NCBI GenBank assembly: GCA_951406725.2
Contig: OX597838.1
Span: 15,686,001-15,750,000, forward strand
From: Octopus vulgaris
Lineage: Eukaryota
Direction: 5' to 3'
DNA: 64,000 bases
The notes beneath the pieces are model-generated. The model saw only the letters and a program-made list of their open reading frames with translations, had not been told where the DNA came from and did not search any database. How positions within the stretch are numbered: the stretch's first letter is position 1; each line of letters starts with the position of its first letter. Below are positions 13,520-26,761 of this stretch, in pieces. The translations under genes were made by a program, and so were the position numbers.

Positions 13520-13882
13520 TATACGAGCAAAACGCCCCCCTTCCAATGGACGGTGCTGAGTTGTCAAGCATTCAAACCAAATTTTCTCAAACAACTTGTC
13601 CGACCGTCCCATAGGCCTCCCTTTTGAGAAACACTGATTTAACCTAAATTTGAGACACCAGCAAAAGAAGAAATAAAGATAGACTTTTTTTTCTGTTCCA
13701 AAGAATGCATTATCGATGGCATTCTCACCTGGAATCGATTTTTGTAATTTTTTCAAGACTTATACACGCCCTCATACCATCGGTATCTACATATCTAATT
13801 TGAGCTCAATCGGATTGAGGATGCCCGAGATTCTAGAAGACACACACACAGAAACAGACAGAACGGATTTTATCTAATAGAA
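13520..13882. mobile_element. Helitron/Helentron-like non-autonomous element fragment
   Basis: aattttgagctcaatcggattgagg...tctagaagacacacacacagaaacagacagaacggattttatctaataga resembles HINE/DINE-like terminal architecture. Confidence 0.4.
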
Positions 13883-14112
13883 GGCAAAAGGACGTATGGA
13901 GAGAATGTTTTAGGTTGATGCTCAGTTGAAGATGGAAAAAAGAGGAGCATGTAATGTTTGGAAAAAGAGAGGGCGTGTAACATTCGTCGTGTAAGAGGGA
14001 GGAAGGAGCAAAGGTCCGGAGAGCACGCGCACACTTATATTTACATAAGGATACAATCTCGAAGAACAACTTCTCACTTTGAGAAGTTTTATGACAATGA
14101 TGTTTGAGAACA

Positions 14113-14155
14113 GTCAAACACTGATGTTTCGGCGTAATTTCGCCTCTTCAGTGAT
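14113..14155 (-). ncRNA. Hammerhead ribozyme-like motif with canonical core
   Basis: Minus strand: tca-CTGAAGA-GGCG-aaatta-CGCC-GAAAC-a-tcag-t-GTT-tga; perfect helix II, 3-bp helices I and III. Confidence 0.6.
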
Positions 14156-14393
14156 AGAAACAACTTCGGTCCTCTGGAACTAGCTCGGAATTTCTATTGC
14201 TATGCAGAAATTAGCAAGCACAACATTTGCTATGTGTGTAGAACCTTGCTAGGCTAATTATAATCCGTATACGCACAAAGTCTCTATGGAGAAATTGTTT
14301 ACTGAGGCGAAATCCCATAACGTGTTATAAATGATGCATACATCGTTATTTTGATCTCTGCTATTTGAAGTATACATGCTCTCTCTCTCTCTC

Positions 14394-14442
<49 letters not shown>

Positions 14443-14682
14443 ATACATCTGTATGTACGTACATTTTATATATGTGTGATATAAACACTCATAGATACAC
14501 GCACACACGTACATATAGACACACACACGCACTCAACCACACACATACCCGCGCGCACATAGGTATAGCACCGATTTACTGCCAATTTTGGTTGTAGGTA
14601 TACATTTCTAAATTATTAGTTTTATCGAACACGTGTGTAGTAAATTGATTTAGAATTAATTTTCGTACTAGTAACTATAGAG

Positions 14683-14790
14683 CTCTGCGATGGACTGGCG
14701 TCCCGTCCAGCTGGGGCGGGAACACCTACTCCATAGAAGCCGGGAAACCGGGCCCATGAGCTTGGCTAGGCTTGAAAAGGGCGAAAAAAA
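14683..14790 (+). mobile_element. 3' fragment of a SINE with V-domain-like motif and A tail
   Basis: ctgcgatggactggcgtcccgtccag...gggaaaccgggcccatgag...aaaaaaaa. Confidence 0.5.
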
Positions 14791-14847
14791 ACAACCTGTA
14801 GAGCTAGAAGTTTGCTGATGCGCTCTACTTGATTAACAATTAAATGT

Positions 14848-15257
14848 TAGTTTCAAATTTTCGCACAAGGTCATAAGTTTCGGAGGCTGGGTAAGTCGAT
14901 TACATCGACCTCCAGTACTCAACTGGTACTTATTTTATCGATCCTGAAAGGATGAAAGACAAAATTGACTTCGGCGGAATTTGAACTCAGAACGCAAGAA
15001 CGGACGAAATGCATTTTGCCCGGCGAGCCGCCCTAAGTGCAATTAGATATGGGTTTCACAAGGCCAGTAATTTCGGGACATGAGGTGAGTCGATTACAAA
15101 GAATCCCGTGCTCAACTGGTACTTACTTTATCGACTCCAAAAGGATGAAAGGCAAAGTTGACCTCGGCGGAATTTGAACTCAGAACGCAAAGACGGACGA
15201 AATGCCACTCCGCTAAACATTTTACCCGGCATCTTAAGGATTATACCTGCTCGCCGC
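14848..15257 (-). mobile_element. Two tandem SINE family B copies (14848-15035, 15051-15257)
   Basis: Repeated caactggtactta...gaaaggatgaaag...cggcggaatttgaactcagaacgca. Confidence 0.8.
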
Positions 15258-15569
15258 ATGAACTACTATCAAACATTGCTGTGGAGAAAAGCTATGAAGT
15301 TTTATTGAACGTATGTCTTTTGATTCGACTGCCGATAGTATGTTTAATCTAGATGAATTGGAATTTTTTATTATTCGACTTCGGCTGACGACGTGGCTGG
15401 TTTACACTTTTTATAAGACTTCCTTAAGCGTAGAAACACGTTTACCGTGCCAGTAATATTTACATATATTTTGGATATATTTATGCTTCAACCTCCTTTA
15501 GCCGGTTAAACTGCTCACAGACGCACACACACATACACACACACACACACATACATATACACACACACG

Positions 15570-15665
<96 letters not shown>

Positions 15666-15999
15666 GTGGATTGGTGAGTTAGAGGTAACGTTTCTTTTAG
15701 ACATGTATTAAACACAGTTTTAGGTTTCTTGCCATTTGTGAAATTTTCATGTTTTTGTATGAATTTTTTGCACTTTACGCGAAGCAGTAAAATGTCCCCA
15801 ATCCAAAATCAACGTTCTTAAAACTTTATAGCCTCAGCTTTGGGATGAAGCTGTATTAGCGTATATTGCTGCTTTTTTTTTTAATACCACACAGAGTCAA
15901 TGTGATTGGTTTAGGTAGACACTACTGTCAGTTTGACATAGATTGCTATGTCATTAAATCTATGTCTATTTTTATTTGTGGCTAATGTAATATTGATCT

Positions 16000-16205
16000 T
16001 AGATTTTGGCAAAAGGCCAGCAAGTTCGAAGAAAGGTGCTAATCGATTACATCAACCCCGGTATTCAACTGGTACTTACTTTATTGACTCTGAGAGTGAT
16101 GAAAGGCAAAGTTGACCTCGGCAGAATTTGAACTCAGAACGAAAAGGTGGACGAAATGCCGCTAAGCATTTTCCCCGGAGTGCAGACAATTCTGCCAGCT
16201 CGCCA
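16000..16205 (-). mobile_element. SINE family B
   Basis: Family core and head. Confidence 0.85.
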
Positions 16206-16223
16206 CTTTTATCTGTATCTTTT

Positions 16224-16431
16224 AAGGTGGCGAGCTAGTAGACTCATTAACACGCCGGGTAAGACGCTTAGTGGCATTTCGTCCGTCTCCACGTTCTGGA
16301 TTCAAATTCTGCCGATCCACTTTGCCTTCCATCCTTTCGGAGTCGATAAAACAAAGTAACAGTTGAGGAGTGGGGTCGATGTAATCAATTGCCCCCTTCT
16401 CCGTACTTGTTGCCAAAATTTGAAGCCAAAA
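16224..16431 (+). mobile_element. SINE family B with 14-bp TSD
   Basis: TSD ttatctgtatcttt at 16209-16222 and 16432-16445. Confidence 0.85.
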
Positions 16432-16612
16432 TTATCTGTATCTTTATTTGAAGCTAGGCGCTTGATAGAAACAATACTTACACTACATCACAACACGTCA
16501 CAATAGTAAAATAGACAGAGACATCATGACATCAACAAAAATAAGCATCAGACTAATAATACAATAAACTTACGGACGAAATTCGAATTTTGGTGGTCAT
16601 ATCTACTATACC

Positions 16613-16844
16613 TATTTCTTTACTACCCACAAGGGGCGAAATACAGATGAGACAAACAAGGACAAACAGACGAATTAGGTCGATTAGATCGACCCCAGTG
16701 CGTAACTGGTACTTAATTTATCGACCCCGAAAGGATGAAAGGCAAAGTCGACCTCGGCGGAATTTGAACTCAGAACGTAACGGCAGACGAAATACGGCTA
16801 CGCATTTCGCCCGGCGTGCTAACGTTTCTGCCAGCTCGCCGCCT
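16613..16844 (-). mobile_element. SINE family B, young-looking long-tail subfamily
   Basis: Near identical to 37338-37570 and 44757-44978; short TSD ctatacc. Confidence 0.9.
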
Positions 16845-17130
16845 CCTATACCAATCACATGTATCTGGCTACTATAAAGAGTTACCAACTACAACATGAC
16901 TTCGTCTTGAAGATAAGATTATGAAGATCTTCCAGATCATCATAGACTTTTATTGACAGAGGATTTAAGAATTGTACTGTTGAAGACAAATGTAGCGGAC
17001 TTAGATGTAAAAGTAGAAACAAACCACTTTTCTACCAAAAAACAGAAAACAAAACAAAACCAGATCATAGTCGTGTTTTCAATATGTCAATATGCATACA
17101 TGCATATATACCACACACACACACGCGCAC

Positions 17131-17208
<78 letters not shown>

Positions 17209-17326
17209 CACACATACAAGTACACACATACATAAATACAAAAATGCACATATATATATATATATATATATAATAAATGAAAAAAATGTATTGTAAATAA
17301 ACAACAAGAGATAAAAAAAATGTATA

Positions 17327-17743
17327 GGTGCAGGAGTGGCTGTGTGGTAAGTAACTTGCTTACTAACCACATGGTTCCGGGTTCAGTCCAACTGCATGGC
17401 ACCTTGGGCAAGTGTCTTCTACTATAGCCTCGGGCCGACCAAAGCCTTGTGAGCGGATTTGGTAGACGGAAACTGAATGAAGCCCGTCGTATATATGTAT
17501 ATATATATATGTGTACGTGTATGTTTGTGTGTCTGTGTTTGTCCCCCTAGCATTGCTTGACAACCGGTGGTGGTGTGTTTATGTCCCCGTCACTTAGCGG
17601 TTCGGCAAAAGATACCGATAGAATAAGTACTAGGCTTACAAAGAATAAGTCCCGGGGTCGAGTTGCTCGATTAAAAAGGCGGTGCTCCAGCATGGCCGCA
17701 GTCAAATGACTGAAACAAGTAAAAGAGTAAAAGAGTAAAGAGT
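17327..17743 (+). mobile_element. SINE family A, full length (tRNA-like head, CORE-like box, internal TA/TG microsatellite, tail ending (AAAGAGTA)n)
   Basis: A box tggctgtgtgg, B box ggttcagtcc, CORE-like caccttgggcaagtgtctt, tail ggtgctccagcatggccgcagtcaaatgactgaaacaagtaaaagag. Confidence 0.9.
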
Positions 17744-17827
17744 ATACGTATACTGACGGAACAACCGGACGACAGACAGACACAGAGTAACGGTATGCAC
17801 GCACATCCGACTTTTTTTTAACAGTAA

Positions 17828-17866
<39 letters not shown>

Positions 17867-18002
17867 CATCCATCGATATAAAAATGCATGTGTACATATA
17901 TATATATATATATATACACACACATACACAGATACATAATACTAAGTGTATATATATATATATAGTATGTTTATTAATAATACATATATGCAGTATGTGG
18001 GA

Positions 18003-18062
<60 letters not shown>

Positions 18063-18463
18063 GAGAAAGAGTACGTGTACGTATAGCTATATAAATGCGT
18101 GAACAATAGTGTTAAAAGGTGTAGAAATGTGATGAGAAGATGAAATTAAGAGAGAGAATAGAGAGAAATAGAGAGTAAGAGAAAGAGAAAGAGGGAGAGA
18201 GAGACGGGAGAGAGAAAGAAAGGAAGATAGTAAATAGGAGAAAAAGAAAGAGACCGAAAGAGTAAAACGTAAGGAAGGAAAAGGGGTTGTCGGTAGAGTA
18301 GAGGGTTTCGTAAGACCCTGAAGTCATGTCTCCCCTTCCAGATTCACTATTACCACCTTCCTGCAAGGTCGATGAGTGCACTTTTCGTTTTATTTTTATT
18401 TTTAAACCTTACTCACGTTTATTGCATTCATTTCGAACACACGTCTTTACACGAATCAGAACA

Positions 18464-18542
<79 letters not shown>

Positions 18543-18543
18543 C

Positions 18544-18600
<57 letters not shown>

Positions 18601-18605
<5 letters not shown>

Positions 18606-18866
18606 CAAAATGGGACAAGAACGCAAAACGTCCGGACAACTAGGCGATGCAAAAAGGGACAATAAAAACATCCAGATAGACGATACAAAAAAACAAGGAT
18701 GGGTCGTCCGAAGCTTTTTTATCTTCAGTCAAGAACCGGAATAGCCGAAATTGCGAGGATGATCCGTCCTTGTTTTTTTGTATCGTCTATCTGGATGTTT
18801 TGTTGTCCCTTTTTGTATCACCTAGTTGTCCGGACGTTTTGCGTTCTTGTCCTATCTTGTATTTTA
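18601..18866. mobile_element. Fold-back element in (TA)n; arms ~18601-18708 and ~18757-18866
   Basis: ~105-bp inverted arms (aaatacaa...gacaagaacgcaaaacgtccggacaactagg...); flanked by (TA)n. Confidence 0.85.
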
Positions 18867-18887
18867 TATATATATATATATATATAT

Positions 18888-19123
18888 ACAAGATAAGAAA
18901 ATGGAGAAATACATCTAAATCAAATATCAATAACCATTTTCTTATCTTGTATTAGTAATTTGTGGTAAATCATTTTACCTTTACCCATATAATACAGTAA
19001 ATGAATTGATTGCATCGCAATCCTTAACATTTATGTATTAACTTTGTTGGGTACTTCACTAGCAGTATATTGGATATATGTTATCCCATGGAGGGTTGCA
19101 TTTACAACCCCTATCTCAATTTG
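18888..19123. mobile_element. Short insert in (TA)n with terminal hairpin (18888-18904 / 18934-18950)
   Basis: acaagataagaaaatgg / ccattttcttatcttgt; shares agaaaatggagaaat with 6001-6159. Confidence 0.5.
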
Positions 19124-19195
19124 TATATATATATATATATAAATATATATATATATGTGTATATGTATATATATCAATAGGTGCGGGCGTATATA

Positions 19196-19884
19196 TAAAA
19201 TACAAAATGTGACAAGAACGCAAAACATCCAGATAGACAGTACAAAGAAAACAAGGACGGGTCATTCGGAGTTTTCTTTCCTCAGTCGAGTTCTAAATTA
19301 TCTTTGCAATTTCGGCTGGTTATACTCGAGATTGCTCCAATCTGGCCAGCCACAAAGAAAAACTAAGCTAAGTGCATTAGATTCCTTGGAAGAAAGCAGC
19401 AAATGTATACGAAAACAAGGGCGGAAAAAGTGGAGAATGTTACACAAATACAAATAACAGGACATAACAACAGGTGTCTTTCGACTAAGGACGAATTAAA
19501 TTAAGTTGGCATGTGTGGAAATAAAGCCTTACGGCAGGGATACAAGATTTCTCGGGTACAGGAAGGAATATAGATGTTGCACGGACGACGGCTGAACCAA
19601 GAAAGATCAGGCTTGGTCGAACACCGGTCACGTGGGGAGAGAAGAGAGAGAGGTAGAGGCAGAGTGACAGAAGAATTAAGAAGGGGCGAGAAAAAAAGAC
19701 AGGGACACAGTGAAGTGAAAAGAGGAGTGAAAGTGAACTATAAAGATAATCTGGAACTCGACTGAGGAAAGAAAACTCCGAATGAACCGTCCTTGCTTTC
19801 TTTGTATCGTCTATCTGGATGTTTTGTTGTCCCATTTTTGTATCACCTAACTGTCCGGATGTTTTGCGTTCTTGTCCCATTTTG

Positions 19885-19885
<1 letters not shown>
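19196..19885. mobile_element. Larger fold-back element of the same family as 18601-18866; arms ~19196-19300 and ~19745-19885
   Basis: Inverted termini with ~450-bp interior also found at 9898 and 53120; degenerate ctgagga...ccgaatga core at ~19762. Confidence 0.8.
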
Positions 19886-19967
<82 letters not shown>

Positions 19968-19988
19968 ATATATATATGCATATATATA

Positions 19989-20310
19989 GGGTAAAGACCC
20001 CCTTCGGTCATGAATGACCATGGGATTGCACCTAGAAAGTTACTCTCCTAGACACAAGTCCGGGCAAGGTTGTTTATGGAAGGCCAGCAGTCGCCCATGC
20101 ATACCAGCCTCCCTCTCCACGCCACCAGTGTTATCCAAGGGAAAGACAAAGGTCGATACAGCTTGGCACCAGTGACGTCGCAACTCATTTCTACAGCTGA
20201 GTGAACTGGAGCAACGTGAAATAAAGTGCCTTGCTCAAGAACACAACACGCAGCCCGGTCCGGGATTCGAACTCACAACCTCACGATCGTAAGCTCGACG
20301 CTCTAACCAC
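19989..20310 (-). mobile_element. tRNA-headed CORE-like SINE (family E)
   Basis: Minus strand gtggttagagcgtcgagcttacgatcgtgaggttgtgagttcgaatcccggacc...tgtgttcttgagcaaggcactttatttcacgttgctccagttcactcagctg. Confidence 0.85.
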
Positions 20311-21022
20311 ATATATATATATATTCGCACTCACATGTACACACATAAAACACTTACACACACGTATAGATACGCACTTAAATGCATACATATATTTATA
20401 TATACACACATGCACTTTTGCCACTTACACACACGAACTTACCGAACAGCATCACAGTAGTGACAGTTAAACGATATCGCCACCATCACCCCGACGAGGA
20501 CGACGATGACCCCCATCCTCCCAACATAAACAACCTAAAAACAAAAACAAAAAAAAAAACAAGGAAAACAACGACTACAGCAAGGAAGAAGGCGACAGCT
20601 GATACAGCCTGCTCCCACTACAAATACATACACAGGTGTATTTGGAAGTACATTGCTAACAATTGAGGGTACATCATAGAGATGGAGTAGAGAAACAGAT
20701 GGTGGGCGGTAGTGGGTTGGGATAGGAATCGCATGTGTAGTGTAGTTCTTAATGTATGCTTTTTTCACTGTGTGTGTGTGTGAGTATGAGCGTGTGAAGG
20801 TCTATTTACACAGGATTAGTAACATTTTTGTTTCTCCCCCACTCTCTCTCTTTATATATATATATATGTATATATATATAGGGAGAGAGAGAGAGAGAGT
20901 TATTAGAGAGGGATTATCAACCCAGGCAATATACTTTATAAACTCTCTGTTAGTACACCAGGCTAACAACATTGTTTAGATTAGTAAAGAACTCCGCATA
21001 TTCTTGTGGCAGTGTGTGTATG

Positions 21023-21057
<35 letters not shown>

Positions 21058-21073
21058 GTGTGTGTGTTTGCAT

Positions 21074-21180
<107 letters not shown>

Positions 21181-22621
21181 TATATATTTATAAGCGTCGG
21201 CGATTGTCTTGAAATAACGTCACCATTTCTCAACGAATATTCTCCAAAATTTACAGACATAGATCCAAAATCCTCTCGGAATAATATATGAAGAAAAAAA
21301 TGCCGGGTTCGCTTTACCCTTGGGTATAAAACAAAGAATCAAGGAAAGATTGTAAAAAACTGATAGTTGTAAAGGAATGGTAAATGTCCCCCCCGCCACA
21401 CACACACGCACACAAACACTTTTCTTTCTGTCTCATGCTTCTCTCATTCTCACACTTAACTCACTTATTCGTAACTCACACACAAACACGTGCACTTTTT
21501 ACTCGTTTTTATTTTAGTCTAAACTATACAGGCAGTTGGAACCTGTTATTAAAATTCTTCATTCAAAAATCTTAATTTAGCAGTTTCTAATACCTTACAT
21601 GGTTCACAACTGATTCTTTAATCAGGTACTTTATCAAGGTCACGTACTTTATCGGAACCCCCTATTTTACAGAATCACCTTCTTTTGGCATGTTTAAACT
21701 TCAAAGACTTTAATGGTACTACATGAGTGATCGTAAACAACAGTGAGATGGTATAGCGAAAAACATCTTGGGACATTGAAGGAAACAAAGTACGATTGAA
21801 TCGGAAAATTATGTACAGACGCTTGTTACACAATTCAATAAATAAAATTTTAGTTTTTCAACTGGGAACTGAAAAGAATAATTTTACCGGAGGAAACTAA
21901 GAATATGATATTGGTCGCAATACAACGATGAAGGAAGGGCAGGAGTTTAAGAATGTGCAATCTGGACGACGTCCACCGAAAGAAATACAGAAAGAAAGAA
22001 GATAATGTTGGATCCAATCCGGTTGCAACAACAGCAGCTGACAACAAGGAACTTGGAAACAGAAAACGTGATAGCGAGATGGAAAGAAAGATGAATAGAA
22101 GTAAAAGAAAAGAGTAAGTGGCAGTGATCACCAGAAAGACAAAGTGAAAGAGAGGAATAGTTTGCGAAGAGGAGGAATAAAGTGGTCACAGCGAGAATGG
22201 AAAACGTTTATAGATGAACCTTAACAGAATGCTGTGTACACTAGAAATGTATGTGGTAAAGACCAAAGTGTGACATGGAATCGATTAACGGAAGTAGATA
22301 ATTGAACAGAAAAGCCCGCATCAGCTGGGGGAGCTAGCATTAGCATAGTTTCGGCACTTTTTAAGTCCGAAGACTTTCAGCTCACCACTTCTCTGATTTC
22401 AAATATTACTGAGGTGATAGGGGTTAGAAAGAAACAAATCTTAGAACACTGAGGCCAACAAAATGCAAGAACACATATAATATAGTTCCATAATAAGAGT
22501 TGTAGTCTTTTAACTAGGCATGGAATACAACGAACTCATTGAAAAATTATATGCATGCATGCATCCATTCATCTATGCATACATGCATGCGTACGTACAT
22601 ACATACATACACGTGCGCGGA

Positions 22622-22667
<46 letters not shown>

Positions 22668-22810
22668 TATAAAGCGCTCACTTGCACATTCACACACATT
22701 CACGTATTAAGTATATTATTGCGCACTAAACAGCGCTGAACGAAATATAGTTTTTAAAAATATGGGTGCAAATGCACCATTAAGTGATAAGGAACGTCAC
22801 CGGAGAGTTG

Positions 22811-22848
22811 GACACATGCGTTTCTGCGTTGTTGCGCTTCTTCAGATA
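22811..22848 (-). ncRNA. Hammerhead-like core (degenerate helix I)
   Basis: Minus strand CTGAAGA-A-GCG-caacaa-CGC-A-GAAAC-gcatgt-GTC. Confidence 0.4.
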
Positions 22849-22895
22849 CGCATACCGAGCGGTCTGTTCATGTCCGAATACACTTGAACGCAATA

Positions 22896-23396
22896 TCTAT
22901 ATATATAAAACTGTAGTTGTGTGAGTGTCTGTCCCCTTCGATTTAGATTCCTAACTACTCCCACATTTTGCGGTGCAGTTTAACCAAATTCGGGTATCTT
23001 ATAGTCGTGATTCATATCGAGCCCGTCTGAGTATTAGCGCGCGTCTACGATGAGTCTACGATTTTAAAAATAATTTAACATAATTTTTTATTCCATTTTA
23101 ATGTCGATGGCGGCGGAGTTGGCGTCCACGCTCAAACACCTGCACCTGTGTTTGCTTCCCCCCCTTCTTCCCTCCCTCGTGAAGCTGTGGGGAAGGGAGT
23201 GTAAGGAAATCAACGTCGTAAAGCGTTGTCAAGGAGACCAGCGTTCTTTTAGAACAACGACTTCATGGCTTGAAGACACCAAAACAGAAATGGCTAAGAA
23301 AGCCCGAATTGGCATCTATAAGGGAAGTAACTCTCTAAAAATGCTTATATAGTTATTTCCCTTACAAACCCGAGCAACGCCGGGCGATACTACTAG
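22896..23396 (+). mobile_element. Non-autonomous Helitron, apparently complete (501 bp)
   Basis: 5' TC (A|TCTATATATATAAAA), 3' CTAG|T, subterminal hairpin cccgagcaacgccggg (23369-23384), no TSD, A/T target. Confidence 0.88.
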
Positions 23397-23427
23397 TATG
23401 TATATATATATATATATATATATATAA

Positions 23428-23582
23428 TCTTTTGTTCTTTTAATTGTTTCAGTCATTTGACTGTGGCCATGCTGGAGCATCGCCTTTACTCGAACTAATC
23501 GACCCCAGGACTTATTCTTTGTAAGCCTAGTATTCTATCGGTCTCTTTTGCCGAACCGCTAAGTTACGGGGACGTAAACACA
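23428..23582 (-). mobile_element. SINE family A tail half
   Basis: tgtttcagtcatttgactgtggccatgctggagca...cttttgccgaaccgctaagttacggggacgtaaacac. Confidence 0.85.
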
Positions 23583-23882
23583 CATATATATATATGTGTG
23601 TGTGTGTGTATAACCACACACACACACATATATATACAGAGAAAGAGAATTAGAGAGAGAGAGATACACACGCATACACACATGTATATACATACACGTA
23701 CATATACATACATACATACATACATTCATACATACATACATACATACATACATACATACATACAAACAAACATACGTACATACATACATACATGCATATA
23801 TACACGCATATATATATAAATGCACTTACATGCATATATATATAAACAAACAGGCGGACCGACTGACCGACAGACAGATCGC

Positions 23883-23950
<68 letters not shown>

Positions 23951-24194
23951 AAGAAAGAAAGAAAGATATATATATATACAGAGAGAGAGAGAGAGAGAGA
24001 TAGCGAATATATGTAAGTTGGGGTCACAGAGTACAGTTAAACAGACGGACGTCGTCTAAGTGTCAGGTTTTTTGTTATCTGTTCGTGGGATGGGGAGATG
24101 GTGGGGAGGCGAAAGAGTTTATTTTTAAGAGTTTTCGTTCTTGAAATTGTATGATAGGGGAGCGATTCCTTGTATTGATTTCTATTTTAATATA

Positions 24195-24650
24195 TCTGTT
24201 GTTGATGTTGTTGTTGTTGTTGCTCTTCTTTTTCTTCTTCTTTTTCTTCTCATTCTTCATATTCATCTCCTTGTCTTCTTCTTCCTTCTCTTCTTCCTCC
24301 TCCTTCTTCACTATCATCCTCGGCTCTTGCTCCTCTTGCTCCTCCTCCTTCTCCTACCCACCCCTCCTCCTCCATCATCACCATCTTCTTGTTCTTCTTG
24401 TTCTTCATCGTCATCATTTCTAATTTTTCTTCTCATTCTTTATATTTATCTCCTCCTGCACTCCCTCTTCTTCTCCCTCCTTCTTGTCCTCCCTTATTCA
24501 ACTCCTCCTCCACCTCCTCAATCCTCTCCCTCCTCCTTTTTCTCCCTCCTCCTTCCTCTCCCTCTTCCATCCTCTCCACTTCTTCCTCTCCCTTCTCCTT
24601 CTCTCCCTCATCTCCCTCCCTTCTCCCCCCTTCTCTTTCATCACCAATTT
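24195..24650. repeat. Pyrimidine-rich low-complexity tract (TTC/CTC)
   Basis: Directly visible. Confidence 0.9.
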
Positions 24651-24938
24651 CCTAAGCTAACCACTACTGCAGTATCTCAGTTAATAGGACACTGGCGTTA
24701 TAAAGAGACGAGGTAGGCTACCCTACAGATAATGTAGCAACGGGTTAACTAGAATATTTGACAAGAATTGCAACCAGATATCACCTATCATTCTTGAAAG
24801 CGATATACTTCTCTACATAGGCGCACACACACACACACGCCCGTCTGGCCGCACGCTCATACACATACGCATCCATATTTATATATCTATACATGTGTAT
24901 GCGTATATATATATACATGCATGTATATGCGTGTATAC

Positions 24939-24970
<32 letters not shown>

Positions 24971-25038
24971 ATGTACAAATATGTGTGTGAATATATATAT
25001 ATATACACAAACACACAAATATATACAGATAGATAGAT

Positions 25039-25096
<58 letters not shown>

Positions 25097-25098
<2 letters not shown>

Positions 25099-25176
25099 AC
25101 TCAGAACGTAACGGCAGACCAAATTTCGGCTACGCATTTTGCCCGGCGTGCTAAGGTTTCTGCCAGCTCGCCGCCC
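25097..25176 (-). mobile_element. SINE family B head fragment abutting (GATA)n
   Basis: gaactcagaacgtaacggcagac...ctgccagctcgccgcc. Confidence 0.8.
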
Positions 25177-25789
25177 TAATGAATTAAAATATTGGTGGTG
25201 TGAGCAGAAAAATCAGTGAGAGAGAAAGAAAAAGAAAAAAAAAGGACGTAATAAATGATTCCCATTGCTACAAAATGCATCTCTCAGTCTCTGTCTGTCT
25301 GTCTGTATGTATGTATGTTTTTATCTGACTGTGTTAGTTTATGCATATGTGTGCGCGGGTGGGCGCATGTGCATGTTTACCTCCAGTGTCAAAAGGTTAT
25401 TATCACAAAAAATATCATCACCAAAGCAGGTACGTTGTCCAATTAGCTGTGTGAAACTGCTAAACAATCACGCCCCGTTGTCTCAGTTCTACACTAGAAT
25501 GCTGCCTGAAGTGATATTAAACATCCGTGTTTTTTGTTGTAATAGGGCTTACTGATGTCACTAGTGCTGTGGAGATTACACTGTGTAACCAAATTAAATT
25601 TCTTTTTTTTTTTGTCTTTGGTCAGTAAGTGCCATTTCCTATTTGCTTCTATCTAGAAATCAAACGAAATGACTACTATTCCCTTCAAACTTTTTTTTTT
25701 ACCTGGACATCGATGTTTTGAAGCTGACATATTTTCCATTACATTTCAGACAGATTCAACGCTCAATTGCTGAAGCAGAAATATCGTTA

Positions 25790-25924
25790 TAGCAAATATT
25801 CTACTTAACCACTTGAGCATGTCCCTTAGTAGCTGACAATATGTGCATCTTTAATCATGAGCAGGAATAGTGGGGGAGCATCATAGCCATATGTTGAGAG
25901 GGATTTTTCTGGGGGTTGAATAAA
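25790..25924 (+). mobile_element. Internal fragment of element X (see 41220-41775)
   Basis: ttgagcatgtcccttagt.gctgac...gggagcatcatag.cat.tgttgagagg shared. Confidence 0.75.
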
Positions 25925-26030
25925 TGTAAGAAAAGCAAAAATTGTAGGGAATATTAACCATTTTTCATACTTCTTAGGAGTAAGCAAATAGGAAATAACA
26001 GTTGCTACCCAAGGACAAAAATCGTATTAT

Positions 26031-26450
26031 TTATATTTCTTTACTACCCACAAGGGGGTAAACCATAGAGGGGACAAACAAGGACAGACAAAGGGATTAA
26101 GTCGGTTACATCAACCCAGTGCGAAACTGGTACTTTATTTATCGACCCCGAAAGGATGAAAGGCAAAGTCAATCTCGGCGGAATTTGAACTCAGAACGTA
26201 ACGACAGGCGAAATACCTATTTCTTTATTACCCACAAGGGGCTAAACACAGAGCGGACACACAAGGACAGACATAGGTATTAAGTCGATTACATCGACCC
26301 CAGTGCGAAACTGGTACTTTATTTATCGACCCCGAAAGGATGAAAGACAAAGTCTATCTCGACGGAATTTGTACTCAGAACATAACGACAGGCGAAATAC
26401 CACTAAGCATTTCGCCCGGCGCGCTAACGTTTCTTCCAGCTCGCTGCCTT
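26031..26450 (-). mobile_element. Dimeric SINE family B inserted as one unit
   Basis: Two head-to-tail units bounded by 13-bp TSD aaaatcgtattat (26018-26030, 26451-26463). Confidence 0.88.
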
Positions 26451-26761
26451 AAAATCGTATTATATAGTGTTATCAGAGACGATGTATCCTTGCAAGAGTT
26501 TCACTTGCATGCAAGTGTATGTTTAGGTCTGAGATGGGAGCGCGATTGAGCTTTTCTTGATATGTAAGTAAATGTGTCTTTTTTTTTGCACTGATGACGT
26601 GACCCCCGTTTGAAGATGTTTTCGAGGGATCTGGTTTATGGGTCAGTGCAGATTTAGCTGAGGTGTTTAGGTTGCGTAGGAAAGCTGAGGAAAAACGGAG
26701 TAGTATCATCTGTGTATGACAGCATTGCTGAAAGGTGATGGCAAGTTGGTTCACCAGCGCT

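Noticed and set aside
24141-24716. 191-aa Leu/Pro/Ser-rich ORF
   Set aside because: Product of a pyrimidine low-complexity tract
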